Assembly (NCBI RefSeq): GCF_963921235.1
Contig: NC_086097.1
Coordinates: forward strand, 245,894,001-245,958,000
DNA from: Mobula hypostoma
Taxonomy: Eukaryota
Length of the DNA stretch: 64,000 bases
Direction of reading: 5' to 3'
Under the pieces are notes generated by a model. It worked only from the letters and a program-made list of their open reading frames with translations. It was not told the DNA's origin and ran no database searches. Below, in pieces: positions 22,757 to 35,232 of the stretch. Position numbers and translations under genes: made by a program. The first letter of the stretch is position 1; the number at the start of each line of letters is the position of its first letter.

Positions 22757-23289
22757 CACTCAGTGGCCACTTTATTAAGTACACCTGGGCTCAATTCATT
22801 AATGCAAATATCTAATCAGCCAATCACATGGCAGCAAGTCAATGCATAAAAGAATGCAGACCTGGTCAAGAGGTTCAGTTGTTGTTCAGACCAAACATCA
22901 GAAGGGGGATGAAATGTGATCTAAGTGACTTTGACCCCGGAATGGTTGTTGATACCAGTTGGAATGGTTTGAGTACCCCCAAAACTGCTGGGATTTTCAT
23001 GCACAAAAGTCTCTCGAGTTTACAGAGAACAGTATGAAAAACAAAAAAAAAACATCCAGTGAGCAGCAGTTCTGTGGGCGAAAATGCCTTGTTAATGAGA
23101 GAAGTCAGAGGAGAATGGCCAGACTGGTTCAAGCTGACAGGAAAGGAACAGTAACTCAAATAACCGTGTGTTATAACAGTGAAATGCAGAAGAGCATCTC
23201 TGAACGCACAGCATGTTGAACGTTGAAGTGGATGGGCTACAGCAGCAGAAAATCGTGAACATACACTCACTGGCTAATTTATTAAGTAC
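22757..23289 (+). mobile_element. Tc1-like transposon 5' part (transposase N-terminus, defective)
   Basis: TA|CACTCAGTGGCCACTTTATTA terminus. Encodes CDLSDFDPGMVV and CGRKCLVNERSQRRMARLVQADRKGTVTQIT (paired-like HTH). Confidence 0.8.
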
Positions 23290-23690
23290 GGGACGTACAG
23301 GACAAACACCCACTGAATGTATAATGGGGAAATGAGGAAATGAGGAAGTGGCAGAAAAATTAAATGTTGCACCTGTCTTCACAAAACAGGTAAATGTGAA
23401 GTCACAGCAAGCAGTTAAAAAGGCATTCGGTCTTTTGACATTCATAGCAAGGAGAATCGAGTACAGAAGGGAAGGTATCTTGCTACGATTATACAGGGCC
23501 ATTGTTTAAACAAATGGGTGGATTGTGTGCAGTTTTGATCCTCTCTCCACAGAGACAATACGCAAAGCAGCCTCCCAGGGAAGACAATAATATTAATGTT
23601 GTATCCAAAACATTAAGATGTCCCCAATAACTCCCTCACCACCACCCAGGACCCTATACAGCCCTGGCAAGTTAGGCAGAGATTCGTATT

Positions 23691-24500
23691 TGATATGTTT
23701 TGCAACTCAACTCCAAAATATAAAACTAATTGAAAGGAAAATACAGGAAGTCCACTTTGTGAGTCTAACTTTGTTTTTACTTTAAGCAAGGTGCGTGCGT
23801 ATGACGTGACAGCACAGTTACGTATGCTATGGGCATACTTTTACATATGAGTGAGGCTTCCGTCACTCAGGGTTGACTATGATGTTGCGTCCCAGCTGTC
23901 CATATGATACACAAGCCTGGGCAGTACGATATGGAGAGCAAGCTATTGCCCATGTAGCAAGCTCCACCTCTCCTCGCATCTGATGAACCCAAAGGAATGT
24001 CAGGGACCAATACAGTTTAGCACCAGCAGCATTGCAGGAATTGCCAGTACTCGAACTCAATGTAGGACAGCCTTAAGGACTCCAGATCTGGAATTTACCC
24101 CTGAAACCTTCCCCATGAGTGGGTGTAGCCACAAGGCAGCGGAGGTTTGAGATCAGAGTTTTCCTTCTCCTAAGTGAGCTGCCAACCACAGCTGACGAGC
24201 CCCACCTGCCCAAAGCGACTGGCTTTGAGGTGCCAGCAACCCACCTTTAACCCTTCTCCTCCTCAGTAAAAATGGTTCCCCTGGGTTTAGTAGCCAAGCA
24301 ACATGTGAAGGGCAGGAGCTAGACAGAGGCTATTTGAGGTGCACACCATTGGGAGCATTTAACAGGTAGTGGGAGTTTGTCCCCATTACCACCCATCCTT
24401 GTAACGGCCTTAAGGAACCCATAATGAATTATTTAAACATCAAAGAATGCTTAATCGAACAATTTTATTTAAATATTACCTAAATATTAAATACACAGCA
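23691..24500 (-). mobile_element. Solo-LTR-like repeat interrupted by RTE-like repeat copy 3 (23849-24415, -)
   Basis: Flanks are the reverse complement of the 4422-4665 family, with a possible TSD GTATT/ATATT. The insert is the reverse complement of the 13245-13800 family. Confidence 0.6.
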
Positions 24501-25414
24501 ATATTTATCTGTTGTGAGAAATCAGATTCAGTAATTGGGGACAGATGACACTAACTATCAGTAAGTAGGTTGACTATTTACTTACAGGACGAGACAAACA
24601 CTGAATATTCAGTAAATCCTTCAAGTTCCACTCAGTTACAAACACTTAACTAAACTGAGCGCCTGAAGTAGCAGGACAAGACAGACACTAAACACAAATA
24701 TTGAGGCAAATTCTTATCTGAAGCGTGCACCCAGGCCCTCTTTACTGCAGCACACCTGCGGTATTTATTTTTTTCCACAGCAATGCACCCCTAGCTCATG
24801 GTTCTGTACCGGTGCTGTGGCATCACCAGCTAAACGGTAGCTAGTGGGAGGAGCTGCAGTGGTCCTTATATGGGGGTCAATCCCTGCTTCCTCCGAAGGA
24901 GAGGCTTTCGATGAGCAGGTAAGTTTGATGTTTACTGCAACATTCCCGTCCTGTACCCACTCCATCTGCCCATCACCAAAACATTCCTCCCACTGGGTCC
25001 CTTCCCTGCCACGGTTCCCCCACCTTCACGCCCCGTCTGCCTTATTTGGTTGCTCCCCTGCCTGCAGTCCTTTCTTTCCTAGCGCTGCCACCTCCCGGCC
25101 TCTGTCACTATGCCCACTCTCCCCTCCCACCTGCTTATCACATTCCTTACCCGTTCTCTCTCTCCCCAGCCAACTCTTGCCCTGTGTCTTCCCCTCACCT
25201 TTTCACACTGGCTATTTCCCCTCTGCTCTTTCAGTCTGGGTGAAGAGTCTCAATCAGAATGGTCAACGGTCCATTTCTCCTTGTAAGTGCTGCTTCTCTG
25301 CTGAGTTCCCCCAACAGTTCATTTTATTTTAACCAAGGTCTCTCTGTTCTACAACAAGTCCCTGTCATTTACTCTGTATGTTCTGCCCTGGTTTAACTTC
25401 CCAAAGTGCATCAT

Positions 25415-26900
25415 AGAGTCATAGAAAAATACAGCACAGATATGGGCCCTTCAGCCCATCTAGTTCATGCTGCACCATTTAAACTGCCTGATCCTATCAA
25501 CCTGCACCGGGACCATCGCCCTCCATACTCCTACCGCCCACGTACCTATCCAAACTTCTCTTAAATGTTGAAATCGAGCTTGCGTGCACCACTTGTGCTG
25601 GCAGCTTGTTCCACATTCTCACAGCCCTCTGAGTGAAGACGTTTCCCCTCATGTTCCCCTTAAACTTTTCAATTTTCACCCTGAACCCATGACCCCTGGT
25701 TGTAGTCCCCCCCCCCAAAATGAATGGAAAAAAACTGCTTGCATTTACCCAATCTATATCCCTCATAATTTTGATTGGCAGGTGGGTGATCTGTTAATTG
25801 TTCTTTTGGGTGTTTGGTGCTACTGTCACTGTTCTGCGAGTGAAGAGGTCGGGGATTGTTATGTGTTGGGGGTTGTTGATTGTTATCATGGCTGTTTTTT
25901 TTTGCAATGGGCGAGGGGGATTTTATTGGTCTCTGAGTATTGTTTCTTTTCTTTTTTTGTGCTGGGGGGAGTTGATGTCTTTTCTTTCATCAACACCCAT
26001 GGCTTTGCTGTACTTAATGGCTGTCTGGAGAAGACAAATATCAGAGTTGTATTGTACATATGTACTTTGACAATAAGATGAACCTTTGAACTTCTTCTAC
26101 TTTCCAAGGAATAAAGTCCTAACCTATCCAACCTTTCCATATCATTTGGCAATTCCCTGTGTTAAATTCCATCTGCCATTCCTGGGCCCACTTTTCCCGT
26201 TGATCTGGATCCTTAAGGAAACTTTCTTCATGGTCTACTGCACTGCCAATTTTGGTGTCATATGCAGAATTACAGAACATACCACCTACATCTCGAATAC
26301 AGACCATTTACGTTGCAAGAGCACTCAAGTATAAAATAAAGATCTTGATGATATTGGATTAAAGTTCAGAGTTCAAAGTAAAATTTTATTATTATAATAC
26401 ATACATGTCACCACATACAACCCCGAGATTCATTTTCCTGCAGGCATACTCAGTAAATCTATAGAATAAAGGTTGAACAAGTTGGGTCTTTATTCTATGG
26501 AGCATAGAAGGTTGAGGGGGGACTTAATAGAGGTATTTAAAATTATGAGGGGGATAGATAGAGTTGAGGTGGATAGGCTTTTTCCATTGAGAGTAGGGGA
26601 GTTTCAAACAAGAGGACATGAGTTGAGAATTAAAGGGCAAAAGTTTAGGGGTAACATGAGGGGAACTTCTTTACTCAGAGAGTGGTAGCTGTGTGGAACG
26701 AGCTTCCAGCAGAAGTGGTTGAGGCAGGTTCGATATTGTCATTTAAAGTAAAATTGGATAGCTATATGGACAGGAAAGGAATGGAGGGTTATGGGCTGAG
26801 TGCAGGTCGATGGGACTAGGTGAGAGTAAGAGTTCGGCACAGACTAGAAGGGCCGAGATGGCCTGTTTCCGTGCTGTAATTGTTATCTGGTTATATGGTT
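25415..26900. mobile_element. CR1 fragment cluster with interspersed LINE-tail repeats
   Basis: ORFs 25497-25766 (-), 26119-26307 (-) and 26473-26688 (+) carry CR1 C-terminal motifs. Confidence 0.8.
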
Positions 26901-27786
26901 AATAGTAACTATAACAGGTCAATAAAAGATCAAGTAGCATACAGAAGACAACAAACCATGAAATAACAGGATAAAGAGTCCTTAAAGTGGTTGTGTTATT
27001 GGTTGTGGGAACATCTCAGTTGGTGGACAAGTGAGTGTAGTCATTCCCTTTTGTTCCACGGCCTGATGGTTGAGGCGTACGAACTGTTCCTGAATCTGCT
27101 GGTGCGAGTCCTGAGGCTCCTGTACCTTCCACCTGATGGCAGCAGTGAGAAGAGAGCATGGCCTGGCTGGCAGGGATCTCTGACGATGGATGCTGCTTTC
27201 TGACGACAGTGTTTCATGTAGATATGCTCAGTGGTTGGGAGGGTTTGTCCGTGATGTAGAATTGTTATTTGTCTTGTAGTTTTCTGTAGTTTAACTTTCC
27301 TATTCTTGCTTTTATTTATTTATTCATTTTTTTAACTAGCAATACAGTGTGGAGTAGGCCCTTCTGGCCTGACAAACCATGCCGTCCCAGCAACCCCACA
27401 ACCCCAGTTAACCCTAACCTACTCACGGACAATTTACAATGACTGGTTTACTTACCCACTACGTCTTCGGAGTGTGGGCGGAAACCAAGCTCCCGGGGAA
27501 ACCCCATGCATTCCACGTGGAGGACGCACAGAGACTCCTTACAGAACGGCGCCAGAGTTGTACTCCAAACTCCGGAATGCCCCGAGCTGTAATAGATCCG
27601 TTCAGTTCTGGTTGCCTCAATATCGGAAGGATATGAAAGTTTTAGAGAGGGTACAGAGGAGACTTGCCAGGACGCTGCCTGGATTAGAGAGCATGTCTTA
27701 TGAGGATAGGTTGAACAAGTTAGGGCTTTTCTCTTTGAAGTGCAGGAGGAATGGAGGTGACTTGATTGAGGTGTACAAGATGATTA

Positions 27787-28380
27787 TGGTTTCTTAAGGT
27801 TGTTATAGCCAGGGGTGATAATGGGGGCAAGTTTGCACTACCTATTTAACGCTCCCAATGGCGTGTGCCTTGAATAGCCTCTGACAACCAAGTCCAGCTC
27901 TTGGACTTCACATGTGGATTAGCTGCTGAGCCCGATTGAATCATTTCTACTGATAGGACAAGGGGCGAAGGCTCATCGCTGGTGCCTTAAAACCAGTCGC
28001 TTTGGGTAGATGGGGCTCCTCAGCTGTGGTTGGCAGCTTATCCAGGAAAAGGAAAATCCTGATCTCAAGCCTCTGCTGCCTTGTGGCTATACCTACTCAT
28101 GGGAAGACTTTGGGAGTAAAACCCAAGGGAAAAATCTGGTGCTTGAGTCTCTAAGGCAGTCCTACATTGCATTTAACACTGAATGGCAACTCTTGCAATA
28201 CTGCTGGTGCCAAGCTGTATTAGTCTCAGCCATTCCTTTTGATCCAGCAGATGCACGGAGAGGTGGAGCTTGCTACGAGGGCAACAGCTTGCTCTCCATG
28301 TTGTACTGCCCAGGATTGTGTATCTAGACAGCCAGGAGGCAACGTCCATGGTTGACCCTGACCAACAGAGCCCTAAATAG
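27787..28380 (+). mobile_element. RTE-5'UTR-like non-autonomous repeat, copy 2, inserted in a CR1
   Basis: TSD GATGATTA at 27779-27786 and 28381-28388. The host CR1 spans ~27598-28715. Confidence 0.75.
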
Positions 28381-28726
28381 GATGATTAGCTGCAGAGATC
28401 AAACATACAGCCTGAGACATCTTTTTCAGGGCAGAAATGGCTAATACAAGTGGGTATAGTTTTAAGGTGATGGGGGGGGAAGTACAGTGGGGATGTCAGA
28501 GGTAGATTTCTTTACACAAGGGGACGGTGGGTACGTGGAACTGGCTGCCAGGGTGACATTTGGGGCATTTAAAAAATTCTTAAGATAGGCACGTGGATGA
28601 TAGAAAACTGGAGGGCCGAGTGGAAGGGAAGGGTTAGATGGATCTTAGAGCAGGTTAAAGGGTCGGCACAACGTCACGGGCTGAAAGGCCTCTACTGAGT
28701 TGTAGAATTCTATGTTATATTTTCTA

Positions 28727-29142
28727 CAGTACTGTGCAAAGGTTTTAGTCACATATATATATAATGTAGCCAGGGAGCCTAAGACTTTTGCACAGTACTG
28801 TATTCATCACCGTGGAGCGGAGAGCAGGTTCGTAAATCTGGCAGAAGCAAAGGGTGAAGAGCTGCGAGTAATCATTACAGAATGATTCTCTAGTGCTTCC
28901 CACTCCATCCCCTCTCCCTTCCCCTTTTCCCAAACAGGATTCCCCTTTCTCTGCCCCCTTCCCACTCTCAGTCCACAATAGAGACCTATATCAGAATCAA
29001 GTTTATCATCACTCACATCATGAAATTTTTTTTTAGCAGCAGTACAGTGCAATACATGAAATTACTACAGTACTGTGCAAACGTCTTAGTCACACTAGCC
29101 ATATATATATCTAGCATGCCTAAGACTTTTGCACAGTACTGT
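28727..29142 (+). mobile_element. Composite MITE-cargo-MITE unit (internally deleted cargo)
   Basis: TA-flanked palindromes CAGTACTGTGCAAA...TTTGCACAGTACTG at 28727-28800 and 29068-29140. Confidence 0.75.
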
Positions 29143-29279
29143 ATGTACTAAATAGTAAGTGAGGACTGAAATAAGATTTTTCTTCACTCAGTGGTAGTAA
29201 GTCTTCAGGTTTCTCATTCCCAAGTGGAGACTGCTTATTCGAAGCACAGACTGATGGATTTCTGGACATTTAGGGACTG

Positions 29280-29885
29280 AAACATAAAAGCAAGGATGTG
29301 ATGTTGAGGGCACTGGTGAGGACTCAGTTGGATTATTGTGTGCAGTTTTGGGTTCCTTATCTAAGGAAGGATGTGCTGACATTGCAGAGGGTCCATAGCA
29401 GGTTCATGAGAATGATTCCAGGATTGAAAGGCTCGTCATATGAGAAGCGTTTGATAGCTCTGCGCCTGTGCTCACTGGAATTCAGAAAGATGAGGGGTGA
29501 CCTCATTGAAACATATCGAATGCTGAAAGGCCTCAATAGGGTGGATTTGAAGAAGATGTTTCCATGGTGGTAGAGTCTAGGATGAGCGGGCACAGCCTCA
29601 GAACAGAGGGGTGTCCTTTTAGAACAGAGATGGGGAGGAATTTCTTCAGCCAGAGAGTGGTGAATCTGCAGAATTTGTTGCCACGGGTGGCTGTGGAGCC
29701 CCAGTCGTTAGGTATAGTTAAGACAGAGGTTAACAGATTCTTGATTGGTCAGGGCATGAAGGGATACGGGGAGAAGGCAGGAGACTGGGGCTGAGAGGGA
29801 AATTGGATCAGCCATGATGAAATGGCGGAGCAGACTCAATGGGCCAAATGGCCTAATTCTGCTCCTATATCTTATGGTCTTATGG
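29280..29885 (+). mobile_element. CR1 LINE 3' fragment
   Basis: LVRTQLDYCVQFW..RGDLIETY..FFSQRVVNL with a (TCTTATGG)n tail. Confidence 0.9.
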
Positions 29886-30499
29886 AAGCAACATAAACAT
29901 AAATTATTAAGTATCTAAGTACCTAAATACCTAATACCTAAGTACTTAATACCTAAATTCTCAAATAGCACACAAAAAAAACAGAAGGAACTCAGCAGGG
30001 TCTCAGCCTGCTACATCGACTGTTTACTCTGCTCCATAGATCCTGCCTGATCCGCTGAGTTCCGCCAAAACTTGCTGTGCATTGATCCAGCTTTCCAGCA
30101 TTTGCAGAATCTGTGTCTCCACGCGGTATATAAATGCGTGAAAAGTTCTAATAATGTACATTCACAAATGCTAGTGTCTCCACAAACAAGCATACAGAGG
30201 CCCAAAATCAGGTTTATTATCACCAACATATATCGTGAAAATTGTGGTTTTGTGGCAGCAGTACAGTGTAATACATAAAAATTACTATGTTACAATAAAA
30301 ATAAGTCATGCCAAAGGAATTCCGTCATCTTTCCCTATTCCCCACTCGGCCTCTTATCTCTTCTCACCTGCCTGTCACTCCTCCCCTGCCCCCACCTTTT
30401 TTATTCCGGCACCTAACCCTTCCTTTCCAGTCCTGAAGAAAGGCCTCGGCCTGAAACATTTCCATAGATGCTGCCTGACTGTCTAAGTTCCTCCAGCAT

Positions 30500-33335
30500 T
30501 TTGTGTGTTCATGGGCCGTTCAGAAATCAGAGACAGAAAGACGGACCTTTCACTTCGAAGCGCTCTGTAATTGCTGGGGAAGGAGAAACTATCCGCGAAC
30601 ACCGCGATTATCAACCCACATCCCTCGCTCATTCGAGGTCAGAGGGCGCGGGAACTTCGTTATCATTGGAAGTGTTTCCGTCAGGTTGAAGCAGGATTAA
30701 AACTATTGGGCAAACACGATGAAATTCTGCAGATGTGTGGAAACTATTGGGAGCCCCTGGAGCGTTGATACAATAGCGCACAGTAGAGTATACACACATC
30801 CACGTGGCGTATTACGGGCAAATGAGGTTAATGCGCAAATAGAAACGCTAAGCTCTCGGAAACTCCGCTCTGCTTTTCTCCCATTAGCGGCAGTGGGGTT
30901 CCAGGCAACCCTGGACGTTAGAGCTGTTACCACGGTCGGCAAAATTACACAGGATCACACAGCGCCAACAAAACCATTTGATTCATAAAACGCAGCTGAA
31001 CAGTTCGGTTTTTAAAACTGAAGATTACAGGAAAAATTCTATGAGCAAAGGCGGATAGCGATTGCTAATATTTCACGCATACTCCGCAAAACAAAAATTT
31101 TGCAGATTCAAGGCATCCTCCGGCATTTTATGTGTGAGTTGTTCTGAGTGAGAAGCATTGCGTCCCGAGCGGGTCGTGGCAGCGGGACCGGGAGGGTATG
31201 AGACTGAAGAACGCTGAGTTGGACTGGCGTTTTCTACCATTTGGTCTCTATTAAGCTGTATTCTGTAAAAAGATTACAGACACATGGAGCGAGGAGAGCG
31301 AACGACTGGGAAGCGAGAGGCAAAAGAGGGGAGAGATAGGCGTTTAGGGGAGGGAGACAATTTCAAGTTCAATTTTATAGGCATTCAACCATACACATGT
31401 ATATAGCCAAGCGAAACATCGTTCCTTCGGGATCAAGGTGCAAAACACAGTACATATTTTTGTCACATAAAATAGAATTAACAGAATAATATTCATAGAT
31501 GGTAAACTATTCTGTATCTCTACAAGTTGACATAAAATGCATATAAGACATACAGTTAAATATATATTACAGCTACCGGCACTGTCATTAACAGTGTGTA
31601 CTGGCTGTTCAGAAGTTTCACACCCCGGGGGAAGAAGCTGTTACTCAGCCCTAATAGTTCATGTACTTATACTGCCGTACCTTCTGTCTAACGGTAGGAG
31701 GTCACGGGAAACCAAGTGATGGGGACATTCCAGATAGGAGTCAGTCGAAGTCTGACTCACGGTCAGTCCATTACAACATGATGACATAAGAGGGGTTAAC
31801 GTCAGATTCACGCTTGGGTCACACTCCGCCGAAATCCTCTCCTAACCCGTTCCACAGACCCAAGGCAAAAAAAAACGTCGCCGTGAAATATTTCACCTTA
31901 CCGACTGACCGGAAAGGTCGGTTCTGTGCACAGGCAACCTCAAAAGGCATGTTTACTGCAGCCGTTGTTTATTTTTCACCCAACCTGGTGACCTCTTTTG
32001 AACTTGGAAAATAAAAGCGAGTAAGACAAATAAACTTATTTTGTTGTCCCCCACCCCCACCCCCCGGCCCCAGAATGCGGCGGTTCCGTCCTCTGGAGCC
32101 CCCGAGAACCGGCAATTCTTGAAGCGGCCGCTAATAACATGTTTGGTAGCGGGTTCAGATGAGATTTCGAGTCTGTCGGATAGTACCTCGCCAATAATGC
32201 CCTGAGCGGCGCAACATTTCTTGCCAGCGACGGCCACATTCTGACCTCTTCTGTGCAGTTAAAAGTGCAGTGTTGGATACTGATGAATATTAACTGACAA
32301 TGCACACGCAAGCTTCCATGTTTAAAGAAGGATCCGTTTGTTTTTTAAGGCTGTCACACCAGCTCCATCAAAACCAACTCTCTTCGCGCGTCTCATTCTT
32401 TCGACACAGATTCTGGTCTCGTCCTAATTATAGAGCCAAGTGCCAAACATAGCGGGTTTCTGTAAGTTTTTACACTATAATCCGTCTAAGTGCGCTTATT
32501 TCGCTGGGTTTTGTACATCTGTGTTTCTAGGATAGCTTTGTGGGCAGAGTCGTTCGTGACCATAAAGAATTCCTTTAATTGTTCCACGGTTAACTGTTAA
32601 AAAGGTCTATTTTGCTTGGAGTCTACAGTCCGTGTAATGGCGAAAACAAAGTTTTCAGAGGCAGGGAGTGAGTCTGCCGCCGGTCTCGAAGCTGAGGTGT
32701 TTGGTCAGCAGTTCTGTTTCGTTCTATGCTAAAACATCTCTGAAATCCACGCTTCCGAGCCGCCCAAAGGGTTAAGTAGCTGTAAAAGACGCCGAAGGTC
32801 GCATTCGAATGTCTGCAGCCTCCGCCCACTGCCGCTCCACCCTCCCTTTGCCGGTTATCCGGCCCTCGTTATAGTTTCTGAATTGTAAAGACCCCCACGG
32901 CTGCACAGTCATCTGTTCCAGTTCGACACTGCTGTCCATGAGCTCAGAGCCTCGCGGTCCCACAAGTGCGAGAAGGTCTCTTGACAGCAGCAGCTCAGAA
33001 GAGAGGGGGAAGATCTCACAGCGACTGCGAATTGTCGAGCTGTTCCGCACTTGAGGAGGGAGCGAGACAGAGATATAAAGAGAGAGAGAGAGAGGAGAGA
33101 GAAATAGAAACAGGGCAGAGTGCAGGGGAGAGAGAAAGAAAACGCTCGAGTCGAAGTCGGGACCATCATATTTATTGAGCCAACTCTCGTCTCCCAAGAT
33201 ATCAAGCAACTTCCCCGAGACTTCTCGCAAGAACCTGAAGAATTTACGGCATATACGAAACTTCAGATAAACTTTGATTTTATTTATTAAATTTTGTATC
33301 TCTCTCCAGCCCAGACCCTTTGCCGGTGTTTGAAG
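30500..33335 (+). promoter_or_regulatory. CpG-rich, TE-poor upstream/5'UTR region of the inhibin beta gene
   Basis: Visibly CpG-rich and mostly unique. AP-1 TGACTCA at 31753-31759, GA tract at ~33060-33140, putative 3' splice site ending 33309. Confidence 0.5.
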
Positions 33336-33717
33336 ATGTCATTTTACCTGCTCGGTGGATTTTTCCTGCTGTTCGGTGGACTTTGGGCGCGGGCTTCGCC
33401 CACCTTACCTGTCGAGGACGCACGAGTGCCCGACTGTCCGAGCTGTTCGGTGCCCCGGCTGCAGCCACACTCGGCCGGCGCTGACAATCAGCTGGTGGAG
33501 GCCGTGAAGAGGCACATACTGAATATGCTGCATCTCAAGAGCAGGCCGAATATCACGCAGCCGGTCCCCAAAGCTGCACTTTTAAGCGCCCTGAAGAGAC
33601 TGCACGTTGGGCGGGTACGAGAGGACGGCCGGGTGGAGATAGAGGAGAATCCCTCCAGCCTGTCAGCGCTGAACGAACCCGAACAGGCTTCGGAGGTCAT
33701 CAGCTTCGCTGAAGCAG
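33336..33717 (+). CDS. INHBA: Inhibin/activin beta A-like chain, coding exon 1 (signal peptide + prodomain N-terminus)
   Basis: AAGATG start and hydrophobic signal MSFYLLGGFFLLFGGLWARA. Motifs PDCPSC, VEAVKRHILNMLHL..QPVPKAALL and ISFAE. Phase-1 donor CAG|GTTAGA at 33717/33718. The symbol is provisional (may be a paralogue). Confidence 0.93.
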
Positions 33718-33892
33718 GTTAGATCCATGGCGTTCACGGCGCGTTTTTTATTCAGATTTAAGGGAAAACAATTGCAATTGAATGGGAAGAATCGCTGAGC
33801 CGGGGAGGTAGTGAAGTGTGTGTATGTGGCGCAGATAATCATCTGTTAGAAAAAGGCAGTTAAAACTCGGAAGCTGAAGCCCATTGGGTATA

Positions 33893-34112
33893 CACGAGAG
33901 ATTCTGCAGATGCCGGAAACCCAGAGCAACACACACACGCACAAAATGCTGGAGGAACTCAGCAGGTCAGGCAGCATCTATGGAGAGGGATAAACAATCG
34001 ACTGTTTGGAGCCGCAACCGTTCATCGGGGTTCCGTCTCGGCGCCAAACGTCAACTATGTGTTCCTCTCCGGAGATGCTGCCAGACCTCCTGAGGTCCTC
34101 CAGCATGTTGCG
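33893..34112. mobile_element. Intronic fold-back PLE terminal-repeat pair
   Basis: ATGCTGGAGGAACTCAGCAGGTCAGGCAGCATCT pairs with AGATGCTGCCAGACCTCCTGAGGTCCTCCAGCAT. Confidence 0.75.
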
Positions 34113-34551
34113 GTCACTGGGTTAGCACGTTTCGGGTGGCGAGGGGAAGCAACCGGCCGGGAGGGTGCACAGATGGGTCAAGCAGGAAGAGTCTAATTTT
34201 CGAATAGTTTTTCCCCGAGTGGCTGACAGCTTCCACGGGCGGGGCAGCTCGGTCACCTGGAGAGCATACAGCTAAGACTGCACCTGGACCCAGGGCGGAA
34301 TGTGAGTGAAACCAATCTGTTTCCAACAAAGCTGACTTCTATACGTACCGTGGATCAATGGTAAAACAAATGCTTCTGATTGGCCAGGGGTGACTGTGGA
34401 GCTAAATACATCGGGTACATTTAAAAAACTTAGACAGGCACGTGGATGAATAGAAAAGTGTAGGGTTATGTAGGAGGAACGGGGTAGTTTGATACGAGCA
34501 TAAGACATAGGAAGAGTTCGGCCCTTCGAGCTTGCTCCTCATTCCAAGGCA

Positions 34552-34781
34552 ACGCGCACAAAGTGCTGGAAGAACTCAGCAGGTCAGGCAGCATCTGTGG
34601 AAAAGAGTAAACCGCCGGCATTTCGGGTCGAGGCACTTATTCGGTCCGGAAGAAGGGTGTCAGCCCGAAACTTCGACTGTTTACTGTTTTCCACAGATGC
34701 TGCCTGACCCGCTGAGTTCCTCCAGCATGTGTGTGTGTGTGTTGTTTCGGATTTCCAGCATCTGCAGACTTTCTCGTGTTT
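34552..34781. mobile_element. Second intronic fold-back PLE terminal-repeat pair, nested in a CR1 3'UTR fragment
   Basis: Inverted arms at ~34557-34627 and 34663-34735. Confidence 0.75.
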
Positions 34782-35232
34782 GCTCCGTATTCCGTCATGG
34801 CTCAACCCCATTCTTCTGCCTTCTCCCCATACCCTTTGCCATCCTTACTAATCAACTACCTCAGCTTCTAATATACCCAAATGACTTGTTCTCCACGGCC
34901 GTCTGTGGCAGTGAACTCCACATTCCGGCTGAAGAAATCCCTCTTTATCTCTGTGCCAAAGGGACGCCCCTCTATTGTGAGGCTGTGCCCGCTGGTCCTA
35001 GACTGCCCTACTATAGGAAACATCCTCTCCACGTCCACTCTATCTGGGCCTGTCAGGTTTCATTGTAGACTTCGTCTTAGAGCGGGCCAGCACAACATCG
35101 TTGGTCGAAGGGCCTGTAGTGTGCCGTAATGTTCTGGGTTCTATGTTTAATGATTGACTCTGTCTAACTGGTTGATGTCGTGCGCCCCTCCCATACCCCC
35201 ATCCCCCTTCAACCGTCCCTTCTGGTCTACAG

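Noticed and set aside
33294..33335. ORF-track start at 33294 (and 35154 for exon 2)
   Set aside because: TTG starts lying in acceptor/intron sequence. The ATG at 33336 gives the signal peptide and exon 2 begins at 35233.
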